From positions 480,103 through 544,102 of the forward strand of contig RHPI01002910.1 of the NCBI GenBank assembly GCA_009103225.1: a stretch of 64,000 nt of DNA. The letters run 5' to 3'. This document shows, in pieces, positions 1 to 12,400 of this stretch (positions within the stretch are counted from its first letter, which is position 1; every line of letters starts with the position of its first letter). The DNA comes from Chlorokybus atmophyticus (taxonomy: Eukaryota; Plantae; Mesostigma and Chlorokybus algae). The position numbers were made by a program, and so were the translations under genes. The notes below the pieces were generated by a model that was given only the letters and a program-made list of their open reading frames with translations, did no database searches and had not been told where the DNA came from.

Positions 1-1300
1 TTGTTCTGTGGACAGCATTTGCGAGATGCCGTCGTTAAAAGCATAAACGGCCACTGGGTAGAGAGCCACGTTTATCCCAAGGAGGACACTATTTCTAACG
101 CCATGTGTCGGGTGCTGTGAATGCTTCATGACTTCACTGCACCGTGACACAGACCAACCTGCCCGTGACAGGTAGTTGGCTTCCACCATGACGATGAGGC
201 TGATGCGGCCAAGTTCTAAAAAGTGTACTGGACGCCCAAGGAGTGTCGCTTCCACTGGAGTGTCGCCTTGAAGAACGCTACGGTCCGGTCTGAGAACGTC
301 ACCAAGATCAAGCATGTCACTGAGAAGGAGTACAAGTGGACATTGTTTGACAGCAACAAGCGCAAGTGAGTTGGGTCCCTCACCACCATGTCTGCTATGC
401 AACATTGCCTTCTTACTCAGCCTCCACACACACGTACGCATCTCGCCTATTGTAACCGATTCAATCAGGCACGTCGACGCCCTAATGGACCCCGAGCCCC
501 AAAAAGCGCAGATGCGCAACGCGCTCCAAAGTCACAGGCAATACTTCTAGCATGTGCAGGCTCAACTTAAACTATTTATATCGTGACCAATGCCTTGTTG
601 GTATGACTCTCGCAGACAAGTTATGGCGGGAATTTGAGGTGACCGACAATGCAGACCCAGAGCGAAGGGGATACATCCATGAATGGGGCAATCCCATAAT
701 CTGGCAGATGATCGTGCAATGCTGTCGCACGCCGTCACCACACCTGATCGCCGGCAGCTGGCAGTCAACCACCCCGCATACCTGTTGCTTACAATGAGCA
801 CACTGAACTCAATCACTAGTAATTCAGAAATGCTGTAGCCCCAAATTACAAGCTTGCAGCCGCGCTGCAATGAATAGTGGCTTTCAATGCCACTAAAACA
901 TGCTTGTAAACCACACAGGTGGAGCGCATCCTTAAGGGCAAGGATGGAGACCCTCTCATAGCTGCCAGCATCGACACACACGTAGAGTACCTCAGCAAAA
1001 TTAACACCATGATCATGTTAATAAAGCGGGAGATGAGGCAACGGTACGCAGCCCTCCAGCCATTCACCCTTGTGAAACGCCGCACTGTGTCAAGTACCTG
1101 AAAGATCCCAATCGGCGCCGGCCGCAAGAGACGTCTGCTCAAGACCCTCTCGCTAAGGCAGAAGCGGCATTTGATTGGCTGGCGCAACCGTTTGAGGAGG
1201 AGGAAGAGCAAGCTCCGGCGTCTCCTCTACAGGTTCCAGCGCGTGGTGCTTTATTTCATAATGACGAGCAAGGCGATTATGGAGAGGAGCTGTAGCGCAG
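1..1300 (+). pseudogene. 3' part of a decayed multi-exon gene of unknown family (copy A; inverted paralog at 52205-53519), probably transposon-borne
   Basis: Exon 172-365 (acag|GTAGTT...CGCAA|gtgagt) reads VVGFHHDDEADAAKF*KVYWTPKECRFHWSVALKN...KEYKWTLFDSNKRK with TAA at 217-219. Further exon-like blocks lie at about 552-720 and 919-1295, the latter frameshifted. Positions 1-770 are the reverse complement of about 52205-53001. Confidence 0.6.
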
Positions 1301-1669
1301 CTGGTAGTCCGTTTAATTGGTACTGTACACAGCTCCAAGTCTCTTGTGACTTAGTGTTGTGCATCTTAAACCAGCTCAATCAATCGTCATTATGCTCATG
1401 CATGTCAAAACTTGCATCCCTATGGTATACAACAGAACTGCAGGCATTCAAATCACATAATCGAACTACAAGCCTTGGCAAGTGGCTTAGAGACACTGTA
1501 AACATTTTAGTACCTGTACGCAGCACACAGGCACATAACGATGCTGGCGATCAGTGACAGTCGCGTGTAGTCATGCTTTGCAAATACATATAACGACAGT
1601 TGCATCAGTCACCTTCAGTTGCTTGAAAAATGCCTTATCTTGTCGACAACTTCCTAATTGATGCTTGTG

Positions 1670-1965
1670 AATTAGGCTCAGTCGCCTGCGCTGGACTGGT
1701 GTGTAATCTGCAGGTGCCTGTTACATAGGCTGAGTCACCTGTTAAGGCCTAAGTAAGACTGTTGTATAATTTGCAAATGCCTGCTAATTGGGTATAGTCA
1801 CCTGTTAAGGCCTGATGTGCAACTTACACATGCCCCTTAATTGGTTATAGTCATCTGTTAAGGCTTGATAAGTAACTGACAGGTGCCTGTTGATTAGGCA
1901 TGGTCATCTATTAAGGCCTGGTAAATATAAATAACTAACAGGTGCCTGTTAATTAGGCATAGTCC
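1670..1965. repeat. Degenerate tandem array, unit of about 53-63 bp
   Basis: Core AGTCACCTGTTAAGGCCT or variants at 1733, 1796, 1849 and 1903; second motif CAGGTGCCTGTT at about 1711, 1880 and 1939. Confidence 0.8.
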
Positions 1966-1979
1966 AACCATACCACCGC

Positions 1980-4250
1980 AGTTGCGACGCGCTTGGATGG
2001 ATCATATAGTGACTTGGAAATACTCGGAGACTTTGGGCACGGTAGTCATCATAATCAACCGCACAAATCTCGTCATGAGAACCACCGTGCAAGCACGTGG
2101 AGTGTTGCAAGAACATGCTTGTGAATGTGCTGAGCCCCCTTATGCACCTTTCATGCATGCAGAAACTACCACATGTGCTCACTTGTGACTATTTAATTAC
2201 GGGCTCAGACTCTTTGCGGGAGTTCTTTGCTTGTGGAACCAAATGTTGGGCACCAGCCATTGTTGCAGTGCAGGAGACACTGGTGGCCATTAACAAAGGC
2301 ATTTGCAACTTTGTGGAAGCATTTGAGGCCTGTCGAAACCACACTGGGGTGCTGGCACCGTGGACAACCATGCTGATGGCACAAGTCCGCGAGCATGCAG
2401 TTGCACTGCATGAACAAGCTGTGCAACACCCGTTGCCCTATGACAGACACTGACAGGAATTTGTTGAAGGCCATACACCAATGCATGGTGGTCACACAAG
2501 TTTATATATGTGCTGGTACCTTGATGTTGCTGTGCAAGTCCTTTTACTTACAATGCTTGCGTGCAGAGCTGCACACGCCTACGTATAATTTGCCACGACA
2601 ATGTGCAGGACATACTGAATCAGCGCATGGTTTTGCCTCAAATAAACCAAGAGTGCCAGTGTCCTTGCCGCATTTGTACACAACTGTCAATTTTGCACAA
2701 GAGTTCAACTTGGGCGAAGTTCGCCCAAGCCTCGTATTCATTGCTGCATATGCCACCACTTAAGCAGATGCCTCCATCTGTCTCACAGGGTCATATAAGG
2801 GCATGAAAGATTTCGTTCATGTGGTGTGGAGTGAAGCACTGGGAAATCAGCTTTACTCGGCTGCACCTCAACATGACAAGAACACTACAGCAGAGGCGTG
2901 AGCACTTGTTGTTGCAGTTATTTGACTTTAACACATTGTACACTAACTTGGCACATTCTGACTTGTTGGTGCGCATATAATGCATGCGGTCATTAATTAA
3001 CAGAGTGTTTGATTGTGTGCTACGTCCACACCGCAAGACGCACATGCACATCAACATATAGGACGGTGATGTCACACATACTTTGGTGAGGGGTACAATA
3101 GTGACGAGAGAGGGCATCACAAGAGTGTTCACGGTAGCTGACTTGCATGCGTTGCTAGAGTACGTGGTTGCTAACCTGTATGTCCAGATTGTCGATGAGT
3201 TGCACCGCCAAGTCAATGGTATCCCATGGACAATAATGCGGGGGTATACATTGCCAATATGACCTTCCAACATACGAGTTGGACTTTGTACACAGGCTAG
3301 TTGCAGCAGGCCAAAGACCTCTCGCTTTGAGGTTTGCATGCAGTGTGTTGCGTTATGTTGACAACTTGTTGGAGGTTTGCATGAGATGACTGCTTGCATG
3401 TATCCGGACCCAGTCGCACCGTGTGCACCACGGTGGCATTTACCCCAGGCACATGCTACCACTATTTAAAACTGCTTGTGGCATTATCATTCCTTTCTGG
3501 AATTTACTTGTATCTCAATCGCGAGATGTAGAGTTGTGCACCCGTGTGTATAACAAGCTCAACTCTACACCATTCCGGTTTATTTTAAGACGCAGGGCGC
3601 CATACTTAGCCAATAACTCCAACAAGCTAAGTTTGGTCGTGTCACAATTTTTGCGGATTGCATGCATATGCACTTTGCGTGAGCATTTCGCGAGTAAAAT
3701 GGTGCAATTGCAAGACATGCAATCATATGGTTATGCCATGGATCCTTTGCTGGCTGAGCTCCGTGACAAGATGTGTAGGATACAGGGAGAGCAGGATCGC
3801 GTGTCCTACCAACGCTTCTATATGTTGGTAGCCAGGAGGCGTACAGCATCAACGAATTGATAAGTGTAGGTAAGTGCGGTACCCCACATTTGGGGAGTAG
3901 CTTGCTGCCAGCATACCCTGTGCAGTGCGTCCTTGCTTGCCATGCGCTGCTTGTTGATAAACTAAATTAGATTGCATGCACGCGTTATATAGATCGCTAA
4001 CTGAGTAGTTTGCTATTGCATGAGCTATTTTTTTGGCGTAATTACGCAATAGAGCCGTTGCTGCAAAAGCAGCTCCCGTAGCCACTTACCAGCGCCAGAA
4101 AGAAGCCATACCCAAGCATGTGCAGGAGCGGCGCAGCTGATGAAGGCGCCTACGCCGTCTGCCACTACAGCACAGCACAGCGCAGCAGCAACATCACCGC
4201 CCCACCCCGCCCTGCCCAACCTTGCTGATGTGCTGCGACCTGTGCATAGG
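1980..4250 (+). other. Coding-like remnants of unknown identity (possible degenerate multi-exon or TE gene)
   Basis: Several protein-like + strand blocks with splice-like ends, e.g. 2097-2453 (LREFFACGTKCWAPAIVAVQETLVAINKG...) and 3423-3860. No recognisable motif, and I could not build a continuous gene model. Confidence 0.25.
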
Positions 4251-5606
4251 GTATGCATCGTAATCATCCCACAAACATGCTCATGTGCCAGTAGTGAACA
4301 CACAAGAATATACCACCAGCACAAACACAATTATTACACCCGGGGCCTTCACACCTATTCTACATCACATTGAGTGCCTTATGTGCAATGCAATGCAAGT
4401 TGAGCAGCAGGAGGCAGCATAGGCAATCCACGCGTTAACCAACCTGTGTAGCACAGACAGTAGGGGAAGGTGAGAAGCTATGAGGTCGCGCGGGAAGGAA
4501 GAAACGAACGGCCACACGAGTGCAGTGATGTGCTGCGTGCTCTGCCGCCCACGCTATATGCCGCCCGCCCCACGCTCCGAGCCTCATCGCGTTCTAACGG
4601 CTGTTGTGGTTAGGGTTGATGTTGCGCGCTGAGCCAATTGCCTCACGGCAGTCGTGAGGCAGTCGTCAACGTAAATCACGAGCACAGAGTACAGCACGCG
4701 ACACATCAACGCAGAACAAATGACAACCTCAATAACACTGCATGTCTTGCTGCTGCCGCAGTCTACGACTACCTCTGCTAACCAGCGGCTGTGGGCAACA
4801 GGTTGATTGGTTGCTGTCGTTGCTTGCTGCGCCTCCTGCTCCGCCTCAACTCCTCCACACTCATGCACTTAGCTAGGGCACGTAGTTGCAAGCTCCAGGT
4901 TGCCCATGCCTTTGCCGTAAGTTGTGCTTCCTCCTCTGCTTGATTGGCTGTGCTTGTTGCGTGCGTTACATTGCATTGGACCTACTGGACATCCTATACA
5001 ATGAGCATGCAACAACGCTTACACCAATTCCGACTCGTTGGATGCCTCATTTCATATTTCAACTCCGACATTATATGTGTGCTACTCTTTGCAATGCACG
5101 AGTCAAACAATTGCATGACGCAATCTGATGCATAATATATAAATTTGAAAGAGTGCAGGCACATGTGCAGACAAGTGAGAAAGACTCAGTTCAAAGGCGT
5201 CAACCATGTGCAACAACAACCGCTAAAATTGAGCCTCAAACCGTCAACTTCATCAATCATCAAGCACTCTACAGATGATTTACGCTATCTTGTAATCCTT
5301 CAAGCATCGCAATGCACACTGTGCTCGTGCAACATGCCTCAATGTGTAACACCACGACCAAGGTTTTGCAACAAAGTACTCATTACTCCAATCGTGTTTC
5401 AATGAAGCTAACCCAACGCAGCACGACCTTGTTGCACAATCCATGCAACTCATGATGACATGCCTAACGACATGCCACCAGCCATGACAAGGCCAGTCAA
5501 TTACACAGCGCACCCTCGCTGTGCATGGCAATGCGACAGCTCATGTATCAGTGTGTAGAACTTGTATGTCAGGTAGCCACTAAGATTACATACACAGCTT
5601 CGCAAT

Positions 5607-6550
5607 TTACAACATCCGGCCATTGTCCCGAGGGTCAGGCCGAAGGTTCATGAATGGTGAGAAGAGAAGCATCCTGGCCAGTGAAGGGAATCATGTTAGA
5701 AGCAAGAAGTAACTGAGACAGGCACACGGCATGTAGAACTCATGGCGCCACACTAGACAATGTGCGGCACAACGCATACCCTGGGAAGAAGAAGAACACG
5801 CAGAAGAACATAAATCCTGTCTCAAACTTGCTCTTTTTCAGGTACCGCTTGCGGACAAACTGGTATGTAGCGAGCTGCAACAGGCGGAATGTCAGTCAAG
5901 CATGCGCCGTCGAGCAGACATATGCTGTAATTCTTGCATGACATGGAGCACACGTGATCACAGGGTGATACAGTGACGCGCAACCTGTGCGACACAAGCA
6001 GGTCAATGCCCACAGCCTTGTGTGTGCACTTACCGGGCCAATCACAAGGTAAAAGCCGAACACAGCTACATAGTCCGCAAGCACTCTTATCAATGGGAAC
6101 TCAGCCGTCTCAAGTCCAACAATTTCTGCCAGTGCGGGCGCTGCGACTGCAAAAGCCTGGGACGCAAGCACTCGTCAGCTTGGATTATACTTGAACGCTG
6201 CAATGCTGCTACAGATGAGTTGAAACCAAACTGCTGCAGCCTCGCACGCATCCCTGTACATTCACCAGTGCAGGAAACCAAGCGTCGTGACACCAGACAC
6301 AAGAACTCACCTGCAAAGCTGTTGCGGCCGCTCCTGCTCCAACGGCCAAAGCTGGCAGCTCGGACGCTTGCCTAGGCTCACCAGCAGCTCTGCGGGCATC
6401 GCCGCCAGCAGCAGCAACGACGGGTAACCTCAGTCTGGCCGAGATAGGCCGACTGCGGCGCAGGCGCAGGGGCGGAAGCGCAGGCTGACGGAGAAGATCT
6501 GCGCAAGCAGGCGACACGGACACCCCGGCCAAGGCCGCCGCCGCCGCCAT
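5607..6550 (-). CDS. ndhL: Chloroplast NDH complex subunit L, nuclear-encoded with transit peptide; 4 exons
   Basis: Exons 6550-6311, 6156-6034, 5874-5780 and about 5673-5607, all GT-AG. They give an Ala/Arg-rich transit peptide followed by ...VLADYVAVFGFYLVIGP|LATYQFVRKRYLKKSKFETGFMFFCVFFFFPG|MLLFSPFMNLRPDPRDNGRML*, matching the NdhL signature (R.Y...E..M.F.VF.FFPG.LL.P..N.RP). Confidence 0.92.
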
Positions 6551-6597
6551 CGCCGCCGTCTTCGTCTCCTGCAGCCCCTGCCAACTTTTGGGTGGCG

Positions 6598-6605
6598 AAA
6601 CCCTA
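6598..6605 (+). promoter_or_regulatory. Telo-box (AAACCCTA) in the 200-bp NdhL/Gemin6 divergent promoter
   Basis: Exact AAACCCTA at 6598-6605, between ATGs at 6550(-) and 6751(+). Confidence 0.55.
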
Positions 6606-6750
6606 ATGCCAAATCACTGCAGGCTCGCGCAGCTTGAACGCCACTGAAATCTGCATCCGGGCATCCGTCCGCACAGTTGCAGCTAGCTAGTGTTTACCTG
6701 AAGCAGGTGCCAGGCGCAAAAATTGCCTTTGAGGTGGCAGTTTCTAGCGC

Positions 6751-8134
6751 ATGATCAGCTCTGAGGAGCTCCTGGAGGCGTGTGGACAGGTTGTGAAGTT
6801 TACAGTGACGGTTGTTGGAGCGGGGGCCCGCCGCCACAAGCACGTCGCAGGGGTCTTGTACGCTGTGGATCCCGAGCTGGGGCACGTCTTCCTGCTACAG
6901 GTGCTTGCCATTTTTTAGTTGTGCATGCTAGTGTTGATCAGCAATGTGTTTTCTGCAACTGCAAGCAAGATTGGTCTCTGCTTGGGGTATGTTGTTGTAT
7001 AACATGCACGCTCAAGCGCATGCGCATGTCGTCCTGTGGCTCTGTCTGGGCGCATATACCGTGCTTTTTTGCGGCATTGAACGCTTGGCTCACGTTGTTT
7101 GCTGCCTGCAGCCACCGCAGGGATGCACGTTGGGAGGAGACGACCTTCTTGGAATTGATGTGAAGTGGTCGCTGTGTGTACTTATTGCGGATGCGCTTGA
7201 GTCATATCAAGGTGAGATGCTGGTTTGTTATGGTGCCTGCATTTGGCATGTGTTCACGTGCGTAGGGAAGTAAGGCACGCAAGAATGAGGATGTCTCATC
7301 TAGCATGGCTTTAGAGTTAGTGCAGCGTACAATACAGCACCATGAAAACTCTGTGTATGCAGCATGGCATTTGCAAGGGAATGCATGATGGTCACGTGAT
7401 TGTCAGGCAATATTGAGCTTGCGACTATAACTTCACGAATGAGTTGCAATAAGAGTTGCAACGTTGTTTGTAACACCAGTACCAACTTGGGACTTGAACA
7501 CGCAGTATGCCCTGATGTCCTAGACAGCATCAAACTTAGGTAGCGCTGCTGATTTCAGTCCACTCGGTCGACTGCAGCCTGGATTAGGGTTGGCGGTTTT
7601 TCACATGAGCTGCTGTGCACAGTGGCAAGGCTAGCAATGCATAGCAGCAAGCGCGCATGGCAGCTCACCTAGCTAATGCTGCTCGCTGGTATGCACAGTC
7701 CTGGATGCCGATCGAGTAGACGTACACGAGCTACGACCGTTTGACACGCCCACAGAGACAAGGGAGGGTACTGTGCAGGTATCAAAGCGCCTGGCGCAAG
7801 TGCGAGACATTCTGGATAAGGTACGAGTGCCATTGGGTTGCGAAAAGTCATGCACACTGTCAGACACAGCATGCATCATGTTTGCGCTCTGGCCATGTCA
7901 ACTTTAAGGCTCTGTAGCGCTGCTGCTGCATCGCTGCGTCGTGTCTAACAAAAGTTTTTCCAGCACCGGTTGAAGTTTACAGAAGAGGCAGAAGCAGGCG
8001 ACGCGGAAAGGCCCATGTTGCGCGTGCTTGGATGCTTAGATGTAAGGTGGCCATACACAGCAGATTCGTGTGTCTGCACCAATGAGATCATGTTGTCCCG
8101 GGTTCAGGCGCTGCTTGCACGCGACGTTGTATAA
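6751..8134 (+). CDS. GEMIN6: Gemin6-like protein (Sm-like N domain plus AD-type C domain); about 4 exons
   Basis: Exon 1 (6751-6900) MISSEELLEACGQVVKFTV...GVLYAVDPELGHVFLLQ; internal exons ...KWSLCVLIADALESYQ and ...VSKRLAQVRDILDK; last exon HRLKFTEE...LRVLGCLDVRWPYTADSCVCTNEIMLSRVQALLARDVV*, which resembles the Gemin6 C-terminus (PPY...C...NEIILSRVQ.L). Confidence 0.8.
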
Positions 8135-9483
8135 GGGGCGGCTCTGCATTGTCGCCCAGCGAATGGCCGTACGAGTGACAGGTTTATACTTTTCATTTAT
8201 ACTTTTCCGTGTCATGGTCCTAACAGAACTTGGGTTCTGCTGATCGGCCTCCAGCCTCAAGTTATGCATACGATATCATAGACATGCATCAAGCCATAGC
8301 TAGACAAGTAGGCCAACACAACCTCACAAGACAAATCAAGATCTGGCCAGGGGGTGCAGCTGGCCACTGCCTAACTCAACCACTAGATACACCACCACTA
8401 CACCACACATTGTGCGTGCATATGCGAGCAAGTGCGTGCAGTAGCAGAAATGGCAGCACCAACGGACAACAACCTGCAGCAGCCGAGCAGGGGAGAAAGA
8501 CAGAGCGCTGGTGAGTTTACGGGCTTGGCAAGTGTGGGGGTGCTGTGCGATGGGTGTGCAACGTGTGGTGCGTGCGTTCTGGTGAAGCGCAACAACCCCC
8601 CGCGCCCCCTTACGCAACACCGCCGCCAACCACTGTCACAGCAGCGACAACCACGCACTGCATAGTGGCCAGTTATCGTATTAGGGTTCACAGGCGTTAG
8701 CTTGGGTCAGTTCGTAAGCATGCACCAGGACATGCAAGAATGCACAATTAGGGCAGAAGACCAACAGCCAGCATATGTACATACAATGCGCGAGGGATAT
8801 GTAAATGAGACATCTGGTGTGAGCATGTGAGCATGCCCGGCAGTGGGGCGAATTGATGTGTGCAAGCACGACCTGGCTCTGCATGTGTGGGCACAGCATG
8901 CTCCCCGCACAATGTCATCACGCATGTATATTTAGTTGGTTATTGAAGTTCATAGGGTTACTAAACCCTATATATTGACCTCGCTGTTTCAAAGCCATTG
9001 AATTAATATGGTTATAACAGAAGAGAGAGTGGTTTATATTCACAATCTTTTTATGTTATGAATAGCATAAAAGATTATATAATGAAATAGTAATCAGTTG
9101 TGACATCGAGAGTACTGACAATGATGCACTGGCTTGTGTGGGTTGCGTTTGGTTGTTGAAGCTGTCTTGGCAGCTGTGATCCTAAGCAGGAAAACATGTA
9201 AGTGGGTGTGTTGCTGATGGCTTTGCAATAATGCTAACCGTGCAGTTGAAGTAGTTGCAAGGTGTCCTTGCAAGGACCTTTGGAACCCTCAGCATTATCT
9301 CAGCGGTGACATGTCTCTATCTTGCCACGGGAAGGTGCTGCTTTGCATCTTGCAATGCAGCCATCATCTCGTTTGCCCCTGCTTACTGCTCTACAAGAAA
9401 CACTGCAACACTTTTGACAAATAGTCGCAACCTATGATGTACAGTTAAAACGTGGCTAACAACACTGCGACTATCGCGACTCA

Positions 9484-12400
9484 CTACTTGGCAGGAACGC
9501 TAGGGTACAGTGGCACTGGCCCGTTACTACTACTCGGAGGTGGCACTGATAATGCCGGCGCGGTGTACGGGGGAAGCGCGGGTGTTGCTGGCGTCCTCGG
9601 TGGGGGAGGCGCCGCATACGTGGGCTGGGCTGGATACACTTGCTGCGGGGAGGCCAGTGGGTACGCCGTTGCAGGCTGCGGGGGATACACGGCGGGGTAC
9701 TGAGCGTAGCCGGGAGGGTAGGGTGAGGCATAGCTTGACCGCTGGCCTTCAGTCTGCAGCCTCACCATGGTTTCCGACTGCAGCGAGGGGTGAACTGTGG
9801 GGATCATGTCCGCCTGCCACCGGCCGGTGCGGGCCTTGTTGCGCCGTCGGCAGCACCAGCGCAGGAACGCGAGCGTGATGCAGATCAGCAGGGACACGCC
9901 CACGCCGATCAGCACGAAGAACACGATGGGATTGAGACCCAGCCTCCACCACTGCTGCTTCGTCGGCTGACCCGTGCACTGGCGGCTGTCACTCTCTGAC
10001 TGACTGCTGAACTGCAGGTTGCTTGAGCTGCAGTCCAGCCTCCCACCGCAAGCCTTGTTGTACGAGTCGCACGCGGATTTGCACGTTCTTAGCCTGCTGA
10101 CACCATCACTATCGCAGCGCTGCAATGACAGCTGCCACCACAGAGTATACTATCAATAGCCATGGACAGCACGTTGAGGCTCGAAGTATGGCAGATGCAA
10201 ACTAATACACGTATGCAAGGAGCATTGTTACTACCAGCAGCGACCTGTGTGCAAGTGCGAACAGAACATACCCAGCACGCAAGGTTCTTGGCTGCTTTCT
10301 TGCAGTCTCCCCCGTTGATGAAAGAGATTCCTGTCGGTAGGAGAGTGTCGTAGTTTGTTTGTATTGTGGTTGTCTCCAGCTGCTCAAGAACGCTTGGGTC
10401 CGATGGTGCGCAGTAGGTCGCCGAGTTGTTGAGGGCAATGGTGTCTGCGCAGAAGCTAAGTGAAGACTCCAGGCTGGTGGCGTTCGTGCAGGTGTAGCCT
10501 TGATACGAGGAGCAGCGGAATTTGCAGACGCCGTCCACACATGTGCCACCGTTGATCGCACAGTTGGAATCACAAACCTCTGCATAAAACATGCCACTTG
10601 TTCAGAACAACATGATGATGCTTTCTCAATCGCAGCTAACGCGCAAAACAGTCTCATCTAACAGTGCAATAACTTGACAACACAACAGGTGTCACATCAA
10701 GCAAGAGTTGTGTTTGCTGCTGCACAGTGGACTCACTTGTCGAGCAATCAATGCCAGTGTAGCCGCTCCTACAAACGCAGCTACCAGATGAGGAGCAGTC
10801 GCCATTGCCACTGCACCCGTTTGGACAATTGCCTGAACATATTACGTTTGAGACACGGATCAAGATAAGCGACATATAACACAAACAAAAAACATGGACA
10901 TGCACAACCCACCGTAGCTGCAGTCAGCGCCCTGGAAGCCATCATAACAGATACACGTGTTATTCACGCAATTGCCCTGCTGGCTGCAGCTGTTGGGACA
11001 ACCACCCAGAGCGTCATACACAGTGCAAATAGATACTGCGGGTGGGCAGGTGACAGACCCTGCACGCAAACGGGCCCGACGGTTTACATGAGCGCTGAGG
11101 GCTTTAACACTGTACAACAGTTCACAAGACAACGTGAGGAAACCCATGGTATAACAAAAGTTCACGCACAGCAAGCACTGTTTTTTAACATACTCGCATA
11201 ACACACTTAAGGGAACTACTCAATGCAAGCAAGATGACAGATGATAGAGGCAGCAGCTGCGTCTCAGTTTTGATATGCACTGCGTGTGCTGACCCGAGAA
11301 CCCTGTGAAGGTGACTGTGCCGCCTTCTGTAGGACACTGGGCCCAGTTGCCACCAGCTGATACCTGCAGGAACGACGGGCACAACATCAGACAGCTCCTC
11401 ATGGCATGATACCTGCAAGACAGCCACTCACAAAGACTCACCTGCAGGGTGCTGTTGTCAAGGCAGCGGGTCTGATAGCATCCCAGCGAGGGGGTTCCCG
11501 AACCACGCGACACACCGCTCTTAGCCAAAGTGCTTCCAAAGCACCTGAAGTGACACAGGGCATACCAGTCATGACATGCGGTGAAAAGTGTGCATACCAT
11601 GACATTGTTATGCTGGTGCTAATAAGCTAACCGGCAGTTGGGACACGTCAGCTCCCCAAGATTGGGATCCCCACCACTGCCACCACTCAGGCAAGTATCG
11701 CCGTTGCCGGATTCAACATAAGGGCAGTAGTCTGCGTAGGGATCACGGCCGCCTGCAAACCCAATGCGCGACATGTTATGGCTCTGAGACATGCTGCACA
11801 GATTGTGGAGACAAGTGACCCATGCTTCTCACCCACGTCCGGCTGCGAGAAATACTGCGAGTTGCGAGGTAGGTCTCCGTTATATGTCACAATGTCACAA
11901 TACCCGAGACCAGACCTGAAACAAACCACATGTGTTGCAATATTGAACACAGGTCAAGTTGATCACCAGGCTGATCGCGCTTGCATGGAAAAGTGTCATT
12001 ATTACCTGTCTGCTGTGCATTGAGGGCTGTTGTTGGATGTGCAGAAGTACGCAGCACCCCACTTGTTGCAGCGCTGCGTGACAAAAGTCGCCCCCTGCCC
12101 GGCGCCCCACAGCAAGTAGTCCGCTTGGCTGCCAGAAGTACCCATTGTTGCACTGCAAAGTGGCTCTACACAACAGCAAACGCTTGTAAGAACAAGCCAT
12201 GTGTACCTGAAGTTGGCAGTGTACCAGCCGCTGTCTTGCAGCAGTGCTAGCGTCAAAACAGATGTCACGGAGTCGTCGGAGATGGTGCCTGTCATGAGCT
12301 CATTGTGCAGCAGGCGTTTCTCCCAATGCGAGCCTGCAAACAGCACCAAATGAGCCCCAGGCAATGCAAAAGCGAAGCAGCAAGCCCTAAGCAATGAACA

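Noticed and set aside
2544-2759. Minus-strand SPKLNSCAKLTVVY, resembling a FAR1/MULE DNA-binding motif
   Set aside because: No HNH ending and no transposase core nearby; splice-like signals favour the + strand.
4584-4868. Minus-strand ORF containing LVIYVDDCL, resembling a Copia RT YVDD motif
   Set aside because: No other RT motifs in the flanking sequence; a 4-residue match is expected by chance.
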